A program made the position numbers and the translations under genes. From an uncultured Bdellovibrionales bacterium (GTDB lineage Bacteria > Patescibacteriota > Minisyncoccia > Moranbacterales > UBA1568), in assembly GCA_964597355.1 (NCBI GenBank), contig CAZQWS010000004.1, positions 8,645 through 72,644 on the forward strand: a stretch of 64,000 nt of DNA. The letters run 5' to 3'. A model generated the notes under the pieces. That model was not told where the DNA came from. It made no database searches and was given only the letters and a program-made list of their open reading frames with translations. Below are positions 41,236-50,645 of this stretch, one piece after another. Positions within the stretch are counted from its first letter, which is position 1. Every line of letters starts with the position of its first letter.

Positions 41236-43536
41236 GTGTATCTCAAGAAACTTGAACTGAGCGGCTTTAAGTCTTTTGCCACGAAGACGGTTTTGGATTT
41301 TCTCCCGGATTGCGACGTTCAAGGTGCTGGCAAATGTGGTATTACTGCAATTGTAGGACCAAACGGCAGTGGCAAATCCAATGTTGCCGATGCTATCCGT
41401 TGGGCGATCGGTGAACAGTCGTCCAAAAATTTGCGCGGGAAAAAATCAGAAGATGTTATTTTTGCTGGAACCGATAAGAAGACGCGGCTTGGAACGGCTT
41501 CGGTCACACTCTATTTCGACAATACTGACAAGCGTATCCCGATTGAGTTTACGGAAGTGGCTGTCACTCGCAAGGTATATCGCAGCGGCGAAAGCGAATA
41601 CCTCGTCAATGGCTCACGGGTCCGGCTTATGGATATTGTCGACCTCTTGGCCAAAGCCGGTGTCGGTAAAGATAGCTACTGTGTTATCAACCAGGGAATG
41701 AGTGACGCCGTGCTCCATGCCAGCCCAATCGAACGTCGGACTACCTTTGAAGACGCGGCTGGGGTGAAGCAGTTTCAAATTGAAAAAGATCGGGCTCTTC
41801 GAAAGATTGAAAGCACCAAAGAAAATATCGCTCGCGTAGATAGTCTTGTCATTGAAATCGAGCCACACTTGAAGAATCTTCGTCGCCAGGCTGAAAAAGC
41901 AGCTCAAGGCAAAGATATCGCCGCACGACTTCGGGCCAAACAAGAACTCCTCTACGGCTATTTGTGGCACACTTTTACCGAAGAACGCGGAATACTCCTT
42001 TCTCGGCGTACAGAGCTTGAGGAAATTATCGCTACGATTGAGAAAAATGTCACTGAACTCGAAATCGCTGCCAAGGATACGGTAACTGCTTTTGAAACCA
42101 ATGAAGCTGAAGATAAATTTGAAGAAGAATTGACTACTCTTCGCACGACACTTAATGACTTGATGCGAGAGATGAGTATCCTCGAAGGGCGGCGGGAAGG
42201 GGAACTCGAGAAACGTCGGGAACGTGAGGCGATTGAAATCATCCCAGTCGATCTTCATTTCGTCGAAGCACGGCTTGAAGAAGTGAGTAGGCTCCAAGCA
42301 GAACTGATTGAAAAGTTGGCACATGCCGAAAAGCTTGAGGATCTCCAAGATATCAAGGAATTTGCGACAGTAATCCGTCAGCGCCTCGCAGAACTCCGTA
42401 CCCAAGCCAATGAGGGGAGTGTCAAGATGAAGAAAGTCTCAGCTCTCTCCGAAGAAGATCGGGCCGAAAGCGATGCTCGTCTTGCGAGAATTGAAGCTGA
42501 TCTCACTCTGGTCAAAGAGAAGATTGAAAAGAGTGAAGCCTTGGTCAAAGAAAAAGGGGAAGAACTTGTAGCTTTGCGCGAAAAGAGCCGTGTGGAACGG
42601 GAAAATTTCTTTGCCCGAGAGAAGGAAGTGCGTGAGCAAAGTTATATGCTCCAGCGCAAGAAAGATGAGCTCAATGAACTCAAGGTGCGTCTCGCTCGTA
42701 TCGAGGTCCGAGAGGAAGATTTGACCAATCTCGTTCGAGAAGAGCTTTCTTTGGCACCTGAAGCGCTTACCTATGACGGGACGCCGGTTGAGCGGGAACG
42801 ATTGGAAAAGGAGATTCTCCGCCTCAAGGTGGAAGTGGAGCATATCGGGACTATCGAACCGCTCGTTGTAGATGAGTTTCAAGAAACTGAGAAGCGGTAT
42901 ACCTTCCTCTCTACCGAATCGGCCGACCTCAAGCAAGCGCTCGAGTCTCTCAAAATGGTAGTGAAAGAAATGGATGCAAAGATTGATGAACAGTTTCAGT
43001 CAGCTTTTCATGAGATTGAGAAGAAGTTTAGCGAGTACTTCAAGCTTATTTTTGGCGGAGGCAAGGCTAATTTGAGTTTGGTTAAAGTACGGTCCCGCAA
43101 GCGTGAAGAGGGGAACGAAGAGGAATCTGAAGAAAATGGAGAGGTGGCGGAGAACGCGGATGATTTTGAATTAGGGATCGAAATTACCGCTTGCCCTCCT
43201 GGGAAACGCATCCACAACCTTTCGATGCTTTCGGGCGGAGAACGCTCGCTTACTTCGCTGGCACTTCTCTTTGCGATCATCTCACACAATCCGCCACCCT
43301 TTGCTATTCTCGACGAGGTTGAAGCCGCGCTTGATGAGGCCAATTCGCGTCGCTTTAGTCGGATGCTCAATGAACTCTCTCAGCACACCCAGTTTGTGGC
43401 CATTACCCATAACCGTGAGACCATGAGTCAAGCCGCTCTCCTCTATGGCGTGACCATGGGCGACGATGGCGTCTCCAAGCTTCTCTCTATCCGCCTCGAC
43501 CAGGTCGGGGAGGTAATCAAGAAAACAGGCGAGTAA
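41236..43536 (+). CDS. smc: SMC-family ABC-type ATPase, unusually short with no recognisable hinge
   Basis: Likely GTG start at 41236 (VYLKKLELSGFKSFA). Walker A GPNGSGKSN, a continuous coiled coil of about 450 aa, signature LSGGERSLTSLALLFAI, Walker B FAILDEVEAALDE. About 766 aa versus about 1180 for canonical SMC. No GG-rich hinge segment seen. Confidence 0.7.
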   Translation: MYLKKLELSGFKSFATKTVLDFLPDCDVQGAGKCGITAIVGPNGSGKSNVADAIRWAIGEQSSKNLRGKKSEDVIFAGTDKKTRLGTASVTLYFDNTDKRIPIEFTEVAVTRKVYRSGESEYLVNGSRVRLMDIVDLLAKAGVGKDSYCVINQGMSDAVLHASPIERRTTFEDAAGVKQFQIEKDRALRKIESTKENIARVDSLVIEIEPHLKNLRRQAEKAAQGKDIAARLRAKQELLYGYLWHTFTEERGILLSRRTELEEIIATIEKNVTELEIAAKDTVTAFETNEAEDKFEEELTTLRTTLNDLMREMSILEGRREGELEKRREREAIEIIPVDLHFVEARLEEVSRLQAELIEKLAHAEKLEDLQDIKEFATVIRQRLAELRTQANEGSVKMKKVSALSEEDRAESDARLARIEADLTLVKEKIEKSEALVKEKGEELVALREKSRVERENFFAREKEVREQSYMLQRKKDELNELKVRLARIEVREEDLTNLVREELSLAPEALTYDGTPVERERLEKEILRLKVEVEHIGTIEPLVVDEFQETEKRYTFLSTESADLKQALESLKMVVKEMDAKIDEQFQSAFHEIEKKFSEYFKLIFGGGKANLSLVKVRSRKREEGNEEESEENGEVAENADDFELGIEITACPPGKRIHNLSMLSGGERSLTSLALLFAIISHNPPPFAILDEVEAALDEANSRRFSRMLNELSQHTQFVAITHNRETMSQAALLYGVTMGDDGVSKLLSIRLDQVGEVIKKTGE

Positions 43537-43613
43537 TTGCCTTTACTAATCTTTCTATTCTTGCTATAAGAAGACCATGTTTTCATGGTTCTTTTTATAA
43601 CCGGAGGCTTGAG

Positions 43614-44399
43614 ATGGAAACTCGTCCTATTCCGTACATTGGCATTACCGATTTCATGACCGGCGCTGAAGCGAGAGTGATGCTTCGTTCTTTCGGCGAG
43701 TATCGGGCGGGCAGAGGGCCGCGGAAACTCATGGTAGGCGTGATGATGAGTTGGAAAACCTTCAATGGTGTACCTTCCCGCTTTACTGAAGCTTTCCCGA
43801 ACAAATTCACCGTCCCTTCAATCTTCCTTGATCATCCGCTCGCGTTCAATACACTTCACTATGCAGACTACAATGATGTCTCGATGCCGTATGACATCAG
43901 CATGGTGCTACATGTTTGTCGCCAAGGTGGGCGATTAGATGCGGTGCAGTTCGACATGATCTGGCCTCACCCGTCGCTTCTAAAGCAAGTGAAGGATGAT
44001 TCGAATGGAACAATTAAAAACGTACTTCAAATCGGTGCAAATGCCTTGAAAGTAGAAGGGGATAATCCTAAACGGGTATGTGCACGACTTTCTTTGTATG
44101 GGAACCTTGTGGATTATGTCCTTCTCGACAAAAGTATGGGTCAGGGAAAAGGAATGGATGCGGAAGGCTTGTTTCCTTTCGTTCGGGCTATTGCCAAGGA
44201 TTTTCCCACCATTGGCCTAGCGGTTGCTGGTGGCCTGGGTCCAACCACTATGCATTTGGTGGAACCGATTGTTCAAGAATTTCCTTGGGTCAGTATTGAT
44301 GCTCAAGGGAAACTTCGTCCGAGTGGTAGCGCCCTTGATCCAATCGACTGGAGCATGGCTCAGGGTTATCTGGAGAAAGCGAGTCAACTTTTTCCGTAA
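43614..44399 (+). CDS. TIM-barrel protein, phosphoribosylanthranilate isomerase (TrpF)-like
   Basis: 261 aa: YIGITDF...LDAVQFD...DYVLLDKSMGQGKG...LAVAGGLGP...VSIDAQGKL follows the TrpF motif order (CGIT / VQLHG / LLD..GG.G / LAGGL / VD.NSG.E). No other trp genes in the window. Confidence 0.4.
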   Translation: METRPIPYIGITDFMTGAEARVMLRSFGEYRAGRGPRKLMVGVMMSWKTFNGVPSRFTEAFPNKFTVPSIFLDHPLAFNTLHYADYNDVSMPYDISMVLHVCRQGGRLDAVQFDMIWPHPSLLKQVKDDSNGTIKNVLQIGANALKVEGDNPKRVCARLSLYGNLVDYVLLDKSMGQGKGMDAEGLFPFVRAIAKDFPTIGLAVAGGLGPTTMHLVEPIVQEFPWVSIDAQGKLRPSGSALDPIDWSMAQGYLEKASQLFP

Positions 44400-44466
44400 A
44401 GTCTTCTGGGGAACACCCCTTTCTGCACCTTGTTTTGACAGGGTGTTTTTTCTTTTCTTTTTGCTG

Positions 44467-44495
44467 TTGACAGGGTTTCAAAATCAGGCTAGAAT
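44467..44495 (+). promoter_or_regulatory. putative sigma70 promoter for rpsP
   Basis: TTGACA (44467-72), 17-nt spacer, TAGAAT (44490-95). Preceded by a hairpin plus T-run (about 44409-44453) that likely terminates the TrpF-like gene. Confidence 0.4.
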
Positions 44496-44529
44496 GGCCT
44501 CTGTACACTATTTTTAGACATTCCTCAGT

Positions 44530-44898
44530 ATGCTCGTTATCCGACTCAACCGCTACGGCAAGCGCAATCAGGCCCAATTTCGTGTGATTCTCCAGGAGAA
44601 AACTAAGGCTCCAGGACATCGTCACGTCGAAGTATTGGGAAGTATCAATCCTCACTCCAAGGAAACTATCCTGAAGAAGGAGCGGATTTTGTACTGGATC
44701 GGCCAAGGAGCTACTCCATCGGATCGTGTCCACAACATGCTTATCAAGGCTGGTGTGATCGAAGGGAAGATTATTCCAAAGAAAATGAAGCGTCCTGAGA
44801 AGAAGGAAGAAGTAGCTCCAGAGGCTCCAGCCGCTGAAGCGTCAGCCGAAGCCCCAAAGGAGGCTGAAGCAGCCCCAGCTGAGGAAGTGAAGGCCTAA
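44530..44898 (+). CDS. rpsP: 30S ribosomal protein S16
   Basis: 122 aa: MLVIRLNRYGKRNQAQFRVIL, plus a C-terminal Ala/Glu/Pro-rich extension. Confidence 0.9.
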   Translation: MLVIRLNRYGKRNQAQFRVILQEKTKAPGHRHVEVLGSINPHSKETILKKERILYWIGQGATPSDRVHNMLIKAGVIEGKIIPKKMKRPEKKEEVAPEAPAAEASAEAPKEAEAAPAEEVKA

Positions 44899-44900
44899 CA

Positions 44901-45045
44901 TTGACAAAACCACTACCTCACGGTAGGATAAAGCACAATCAAATATCTTTCGCAGACCTAAGGCATTTGTAAGTCCTTACGAGAAAGAAAAACGAGCTTT
45001 TAGGCTTGTTGGAGAGGTCTGCGGAAAGCAGATTTTTTGTTTTTT
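44901..45045 (+). promoter_or_regulatory. rplJ-rplL promoter and leader structure (candidate L10 autoregulatory leader/attenuator)
   Basis: TTGACA (44901-06), 17 nt, TAGGAT. In the leader, gcagacct (44952-59) pairs with aggtctgc (45015-22) enclosing about 55 nt, then GGAAAGCAGATTTTTTGTTTTTT. Confidence 0.4.
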
Positions 45046-45069
45046 ACTCAATCCCAATCAATTAATTTT

Positions 45070-45594
45070 ATGCAGAACAAAGCCCAGAAAGAAGCTGTCG
45101 TGAAGTCGGTGGCGGAGAAAGCAAGGGGTGCTAAGTCGCTTGTTTTTGCTAACTTCAAAGGTGTGTCAGTAAAGGATACTACCATGATCCGTCGCGAATT
45201 AATGAAGAGCGGTTCCTCATGGCAGGTTTTGAAAAAGACCCTCCTCAATATCGCTTTGAAGGATGCTGGCGTCGCGGTGAATGCTCGTGAGCTCGATGGC
45301 CAGGTAGGTGTTGCTTTTTCTACAGATGAAGTAACGGCTGCCAAAGTGTTGGTGGACTTCAAGAAAGCCAACAAAGAGTCTACTCTCGAAATTGTCGGTG
45401 GCTCTCTCGGGAAGGAGGCTCTCGACGTGAAGGGAGTAAAAGCCTTGGCACTACTTCCATCGCGCGATGAACTCAGAGCTAAGCTTGTGGGAACACTCCA
45501 GGCTCCTATCAGTGGGTTTGTCCGAACGCTTTCGGGCAATATTACCGGGTTGGTGCGAGTCTTGGGTGCAGTGCGTGACAGTAAGCAGGGATAA
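45070..45594 (+). CDS. rplJ: 50S ribosomal protein L10
   Basis: MQNKAQKEAVVKSVAEKARGAKSLVFANFKGVSVKD... Start ATG 45070 inside the longer ORF. Confidence 0.85.
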   Translation: MQNKAQKEAVVKSVAEKARGAKSLVFANFKGVSVKDTTMIRRELMKSGSSWQVLKKTLLNIALKDAGVAVNARELDGQVGVAFSTDEVTAAKVLVDFKKANKESTLEIVGGSLGKEALDVKGVKALALLPSRDELRAKLVGTLQAPISGFVRTLSGNITGLVRVLGAVRDSKQG

Positions 45595-45696
45595 TTTTTT
45601 ACAGCTTTATTGTTGAATGGTTAAATGGTTGAAAAGCCCTTGAACCCTTTCGCCACTTAGCAATGAAGCCATTAATCAATGTAACCATATAATATT

Positions 45697-46101
45697 ATGT
45701 CAGAAGAGAAGAAAGACGTAGTTGTGCCAGAGAAGTTTGAGAAGCTTGTCTCGGAAATCGAGAAGATGAGTGTACTCGACTTGTCTGAGCTCGTGAAGGT
45801 GCTCGAAGATAAGTTTGGTGTATCAGCTGCTGCTCCCGTCATGATGGGTGCAATGCCTGGTGCCGCTGCCGCTGCTCCTGCTGAGGAGAAGACTGAATTT
45901 GATGTTGAGCTAACCGCTGCTGGTGCTCAGAAGATCAACGCGATTAAGGCTGTACGTGAAGTGACTGGTCTTGGTCTCAAGGAAGCCAAGGACATGGTAG
46001 ACGCTGCTCCAAAGGTGATTAAGGAAAAGGTAAGCAAGGCCGATGCCGAGACTATCAAGAAGAAGCTCGAGGAAGCTGGTGCAACCGTAACCTTGAAGTA
46101 A
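45697..46101 (+). CDS. rplL: 50S ribosomal protein L7/L12
   Basis: 134 aa: N-terminal dimerisation helix, Ala/Pro-rich hinge, C-terminal [24 protein letters not shown]. Confidence 0.95.
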   Translation: MSEEKKDVVVPEKFEKLVSEIEKMSVLDLSELVKVLEDKFGVSAAAPVMMGAMPGAAAAAPAEEKTEFDVELTAAGAQKINAIKAVREVTGLGLKEAKDMVDAAPKVIKEKVSKADAETIKKKLEEAGATVTLK

Positions 46102-46121
46102 TTCTTTCCACGGAATTCGAA

Positions 46122-46160
46122 AAGACCCTTCCGCCGGCTGGCGGAAGGGTCTTTTGTTTT
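46122..46160 (+). terminator. strong rho-independent terminator after rplL
   Basis: Perfect 14-bp stem aagacccttccgcc-ggct-ggcggaagggtctt followed by TTGTTTT. Confidence 0.8.
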
Positions 46161-46255
46161 GACAAAAAATAGGGGAGGAGTAAGATGGGGAGGTATGTTT
46201 TTTGGCTCATTACGAGCCTCTTTTGTTCGAAAAAATATCTAACATCTGAAATTCT

Positions 46256-48337
46256 ATGGGAATAGAAGTTTTTTTGGCTCTCGCTGTCCTCATGCTCATT
46301 TGTGTTGGTACCTATTTCCTGGCTGGACGCCTTAGGATTCCATACACCGTACTCCTCGTTATCGTGGGTACTATTCTTGTTCCACTGACGCAGTTTCCTT
46401 TCTTTTCCTTCCTGAAGAGCTTTGAGTTAACCCCGGAGCTGCTTTTCTTCGTTTTCCTTCCGGTACTCATCTTTGAGTCCGCTTATAACATGAACCTGCG
46501 TGAGATGACGGAAAACATCCGTTCCATTGCCTGGCTCTCAATAGTCAGCCTTCTTCTCTCGGCGTTTTTTGTCGCTAGCGGCCTTTATTTGCTCCTTTCA
46601 CTCATTGGTTTTCCTATTCCTTTCATGGCAGCGCTTATCTTTGGAGCGCTTATTTCAGCTACGGATCCCGTAGCTGTCCTGGCCCTCTTCAAAGAATACG
46701 GGGCACCCAAGCGCCTCTCGCTTATTTTTGAAGGGGAAAGTTTGTTTAACGATGGTACCTCGCTCGCTCTCTTTCTCATCATCCTTGAAATCGCACTCGC
46801 TGGTTTTCATGGTCTCGGTACTATCGCTGAAGGAGTCTTCATGTTCGCTACCATGGTTATTGGAGGTGTCTTGTTTGGGCTCTTCATGGGATTTGTCTTT
46901 GCCAAACTCATCGGTCGAGTCAATGACAATGAACATATCGAGATTACCCTTACCATGCTCGTAGCCCACCTGACTTTTATTTTGACGGAAGTGCTGTCGC
47001 ACCACCTCGTTATCCTGGGACAAGAAATCAAACTCTCCTCTATCATTGCGACGGTAATGGCTTCGATGGTGATCGGCAATTATGGTCGTTTCAAGATTTC
47101 GCCCCGCGTCGAGGAGTACATGGAAAAATTCTGGGGCTACTTCGCTTTTCTCGCCAATTCCCTTGTCTTTATCCTGATGGGACTTCTCTTTGCAGCGCTC
47201 CCGATTCATTTCGACCAATTCCTCATCCCTATCATGGTGACCGTTGCTGTGGTGGCTATTGGCCGAGCTTTTTCGGTATATCCGGTCATTGCGTTTCTCA
47301 ATTGGATGAAGTCGGAAGCTCATATTCCCATCAACTGGCAGCATATGCTTTCTTGGGGAAGTCTTCGGGGAGCCTTGGCAGTCACTATGGTGCTCCTTAT
47401 CCCGGATAGTCTCAACCTCCCGGGCTGGACCCATGAATTTTCGGTGAAGGAGTTTATCGCGGCTCTCACTATTAGCTGTATCTACTTCACGCTTTTGGTA
47501 AAGGCGACAAGCATTGGTCCGATGATGAAGAAGATGAAGCTGGTGGATCTCTCAGCGCTCGAATCTATCGAATACCATGAAAGCCGGGCACTCATTACGG
47601 CCAAGGTGTTGGAGCGTCTCAAAGACTTTTATGAGAAGGGGTACGTTAAGGAAGACGTGTTCGAGCGACTCAAAAAAGAATATGAGGAGCGTTATCAACA
47701 GTCACTCGAAGCTTGCCAGGCTTGTTTCAAGTCTGGGCCCCAAAACGTGGGCCGGGCCCTGCAGGCGTATGCACTCGGTATGGAAAAACGATTCCTCCAT
47801 GAGCTCTTTGTCTACCAAGAAATCACTGAGGCGGAATTCAAAGAAATTTATAACAAGATTCAAATTCAACTCTCGCGAGTGGAACAAGGAAAAGAGCAAC
47901 TTTTGGGTATTAATGAGCGTTTTGAGAAGGATTGGTTCGAGCGTTTGGTGGATTGGGGACGGGAGCATTTTCGGCCGATTAAGAAAGAGGCACTACTCAT
48001 GGAAGAATACCGCTATTACCGCGCTCAGGAAATTATCCTCAACAAAGTGATTCGACGGCTGCGGGCGCTCGGAGTGAAGTTTCCAGGGCTGTTTGGAGAT
48101 ATGGTTGCTTTTGAGGGAGTAATGGTTCTCTATGAGAAGCTCCATGCGGATACTCTCGAGAAACGCGATAAAGCGGCAGCTCGGGTAGGGACGGAGCTTT
48201 CTTTCCTCAATGAGTCCTTTGGGCGTTCGGCGCTCCGGAAGACTGAGGAACAGGCGCTTGACGAAATCCTGGAAAATGAAATGCTTCCTCCCAAACTTTC
48301 GATCATGCTCTATAATGAGATTAAACAGGCAGCGTAA
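46256..48337 (+). CDS. Na+/H+ antiporter (CPA1/NhaP family) with a large cytoplasmic C-terminal domain
   Basis: 693 aa, about 12 TM helices with CPA1 motifs (LIFESAYN; ATDPVAV; LIFEGESLFNDGTSLALF), then a soluble C-terminal domain of about 280 aa. Confidence 0.8.
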   Translation: MGIEVFLALAVLMLICVGTYFLAGRLRIPYTVLLVIVGTILVPLTQFPFFSFLKSFELTPELLFFVFLPVLIFESAYNMNLREMTENIRSIAWLSIVSLLLSAFFVASGLYLLLSLIGFPIPFMAALIFGALISATDPVAVLALFKEYGAPKRLSLIFEGESLFNDGTSLALFLIILEIALAGFHGLGTIAEGVFMFATMVIGGVLFGLFMGFVFAKLIGRVNDNEHIEITLTMLVAHLTFILTEVLSHHLVILGQEIKLSSIIATVMASMVIGNYGRFKISPRVEEYMEKFWGYFAFLANSLVFILMGLLFAALPIHFDQFLIPIMVTVAVVAIGRAFSVYPVIAFLNWMKSEAHIPINWQHMLSWGSLRGALAVTMVLLIPDSLNLPGWTHEFSVKEFIAALTISCIYFTLLVKATSIGPMMKKMKLVDLSALESIEYHESRALITAKVLERLKDFYEKGYVKEDVFERLKKEYEERYQQSLEACQACFKSGPQNVGRALQAYALGMEKRFLHELFVYQEITEAEFKEIYNKIQIQLSRVEQGKEQLLGINERFEKDWFERLVDWGREHFRPIKKEALLMEEYRYYRAQEIILNKVIRRLRALGVKFPGLFGDMVAFEGVMVLYEKLHADTLEKRDKAAARVGTELSFLNESFGRSALRKTEEQALDEILENEMLPPKLSIMLYNEIKQAA

Positions 48338-48357
48338 TTCCTGAAGGTATTTAGAAT

Positions 48358-48984
48358 ATGGATTTTTTTGGGGTAGACATGATTGAGGCTATCAAGGCGA
48401 TAGGATATATTGGTCTTTTCGGTATAGTATTCGCAGAAACGGGATTATTTCTTGGATTCTTTTTTCCGGGAGATAGTTTGCTCTTTGTGGCGGGGGTGCT
48501 CGCTGCCCAGGGTTTTTTCTCGCTCCCAATCCTTTTGGTAGGTCTTTTTATAGCCGCTTTTATGGGGAACCTCCTTGGCTATTGGTTTGGTGGCTATGTT
48601 GGACCAAGACTTTTTTCGCGCGAAGATTCTCTTCTTTTCAGAAAGTCACACTTGATCAAGGCGCAGAAGTTTTATGAGAAGTACGGCCCAAAGATGATTG
48701 TCTTGGCTCGCTTTGTCCCCATTGTGCGCACCTTTGCGCCAATTGTAGCTGGGGTAGCTAAAATGCACTATGGCACTTTCGTGGTTTACAATTTTATCGG
48801 TGCGCTTCTTTGGTCGGTGGGGCTTACGACACTTGCGTATTACCTTGGCGGGTTGGTGGAAAACGTTGATCGTTACCTTCTCCCGATTGTACTTTTGATC
48901 ATTTTTCTTTCCGTTCTCCCTGGCATTGTCGAATACTGGCGTGATCGCCGCGAAGCCAAGCGGACGAGGATGGAAAATAGATGA
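48358..48984 (+). CDS. DedA family membrane protein
   Basis: 208 aa: GYIGLFGIVFAETGLFLGFFFPGDSLLFVAGVLAAQG, the DedA/SNARE-associated signature. Confidence 0.8.
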   Translation: MDFFGVDMIEAIKAIGYIGLFGIVFAETGLFLGFFFPGDSLLFVAGVLAAQGFFSLPILLVGLFIAAFMGNLLGYWFGGYVGPRLFSREDSLLFRKSHLIKAQKFYEKYGPKMIVLARFVPIVRTFAPIVAGVAKMHYGTFVVYNFIGALLWSVGLTTLAYYLGGLVENVDRYLLPIVLLIIFLSVLPGIVEYWRDRREAKRTRMENR

Positions 48985-49137
48985 TCGAAAATAAAAAAGA
49001 AAACCAAATATTGAATGATCTATTACCTATCTTCAATCATCTACTGTCTAGACTAAGTTGACAGATTTTTTCCACTTTCCTTGCTTTAAGCGTATACTAG
49101 AATCAACGTAACTACCCCTTGAAAGGAGGGTAGGGTT

Positions 49138-49305
49138 GTGACTCAACGTCCCTTCACTCCCTTTGTCATGAGTGGCCTGTATCCATGGGAAGAAGTCGCT
49201 GGTGAAGCTTTCAAACTCTGGGTGAGCTTCAGCTTCGTTGGTCTACGCTTCTGGACCAGGGGGGTGTTTAATCCCTTCGATCTGGGTGCCAACCGGATCT
49301 ACTAA
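49138..49305 (+). CDS. possible small protein (54 aa) with strong RBS
   Basis: GTG start preceded by AAAGGAGGG at 7 nt; one hydrophobic stretch. Not in the ORF track (under 60 aa). Contains a G6 tract at 49259-49264. Confidence 0.25.
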   Translation: MTQRPFTPFVMSGLYPWEEVAGEAFKLWVSFSFVGLRFWTRGVFNPFDLGANRIY

Positions 49306-49440
49306 CCACTCAGTGTCACTTCGTTGGTCAAAGACCCTCGTGTCAATCAGCGCTTCCGTCTAGTTTCGGTGGCGCCTTTTCTTTTTTCGGACAACAAAAA
49401 ACTGCATCTTTTCAAATGCAGTTCCTTGTTGTTTCGGTCT

Positions 49441-49644
49441 TTAGGCGCGAGTCACATTGACTGCGGCTGGACCCTTCTCTGCTTGAGTTACCTCAAAAGA
49501 GACAGCATCGCCTTCTTTGAGTTCCTCAAAAGTTACTCCAGAGAGCTCCTTTGCATGGAAGAAAAGATCCTTTTCCTGTCCTTCGACAGCAATAAAGCCA
49601 AATCCTTTTCCTTCAATGAGCTTCTTGATAGTTCCTGTTGCCAT
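49441..49644 (-). CDS. cold-shock protein (CspA family)
   Basis: MATGTIKKLIEGKGFGFIAVEGQEKDLFFHAKEL, RNP1/RNP2 motifs; 67 aa from ATG 49644. Hairpin plus T-run terminator downstream (about 49395-49430). Confidence 0.85.
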   Translation of the reverse strand: MATGTIKKLIEGKGFGFIAVEGQEKDLFFHAKELSGVTFEELKEGDAVSFEVTQAEKGPAAVNVTRA

Positions 49645-49762
49645 AGAAATATATTGAATGATTGATACAAAACACCTCGAAACTCGACTCGATTTAGAGA
49701 GAACCTTATGGTTCAAAGAGAGCATAGCACAAGAAGGTCTTTTCGGACAGGGGGAGGGGAAA

Positions 49763-50572
49763 CTAGAAGCTTGCCCAGCGAGTGACAACCAAAAAGTAGG
49801 CTACCAGCAGTGCTACAAAACTAGCAATGAAGAAACGGCGGCCACAGAGGCGCAAAGTCCCGTCCATGGTAATTTCTTTTGGGGTAAAGCCGAAATCTTT
49901 GAAGAGAAAAAGAGATTCGTAGAGTCGGACAATGACGACCCAGGTAATGAAAAGGGTAGCGAGAATACCGAGGCCCGGCATCCAGGGGTTGGCGAGTTCA
50001 GCAGAGGCTTTGCCGCCGCCCTGAGTAAACCACTTCACCCAGCCACTCCATTTCATCATGTAGACATGTATGAGGGTGACCACGATGACGAGACGCAAGC
50101 CCCAGCGTTGCCAGAACCACCATGTCCGCCCTTCTAAGAGAGCGATGACTCGCTTGAGGGAAAGAATGAACAGGAAAACGAGCAGGAACACGCCAATGAG
50201 GCCGGCCAGGGTGTAAGGGTTATCGAGACTGTATTTGGCTTGAGGAAACTTGAGGGGGAGGAGGAAATAGCTGACGAAGGCGTGGAGAACCGCGAGGAAG
50301 CCTCCGACAATACCAATTTCTTTACGGTAAGCAAGTAGGTGATCCCAACGGTCAAAGTAGCGTGAGAGTGGGCCAATGAGGAATGTAAAGGCGAGGAGGG
50401 TCATGCCAGCAGTAGCAATAGCCTTGTTGGGGACGAAGAGAGGGTCGACAGTCGGTGGTGCATCAAAGAAATACCCTCGGCGAGTCACGAGGTAGAGACT
50501 AAAGAAAACAACCACTGTAGCAGCTAGTAACGAAGCAATGAAGTAATCGCGAAAACCAGATAGTTTGTGCAT
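49763..50572 (-). CDS. polytopic membrane protein, ferric-reductase-like/MsrQ-like (tentative)
   Basis: Start probably ATG 50572 (MHKLSGFRDYFIASLL). 6 TM helices with His-containing helices (LHAFVSYF; LIHVYMM). Confidence 0.35.
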   Translation of the reverse strand: MHKLSGFRDYFIASLLAATVVVFFSLYLVTRRGYFFDAPPTVDPLFVPNKAIATAGMTLLAFTFLIGPLSRYFDRWDHLLAYRKEIGIVGGFLAVLHAFVSYFLLPLKFPQAKYSLDNPYTLAGLIGVFLLVFLFILSLKRVIALLEGRTWWFWQRWGLRLVIVVTLIHVYMMKWSGWVKWFTQGGGKASAELANPWMPGLGILATLFITWVVIVRLYESLFLFKDFGFTPKEITMDGTLRLCGRRFFIASFVALLVAYFLVVTRWASF

Positions 50573-50645
50573 AAGGTTTGTTTTTTCAATTGTCTCACTT
50601 CTCTGAACACCTGTCACGGTCAAAAGGTGGCAATAAGATTCTCGA

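Noticed and set aside
44435-44476. Duplicated 10-mer TTGACAGGGT (44435 and 44467) as a repeat element
   Set aside because: Too short. Most simply explained as terminator loop plus -35 box coincidence.
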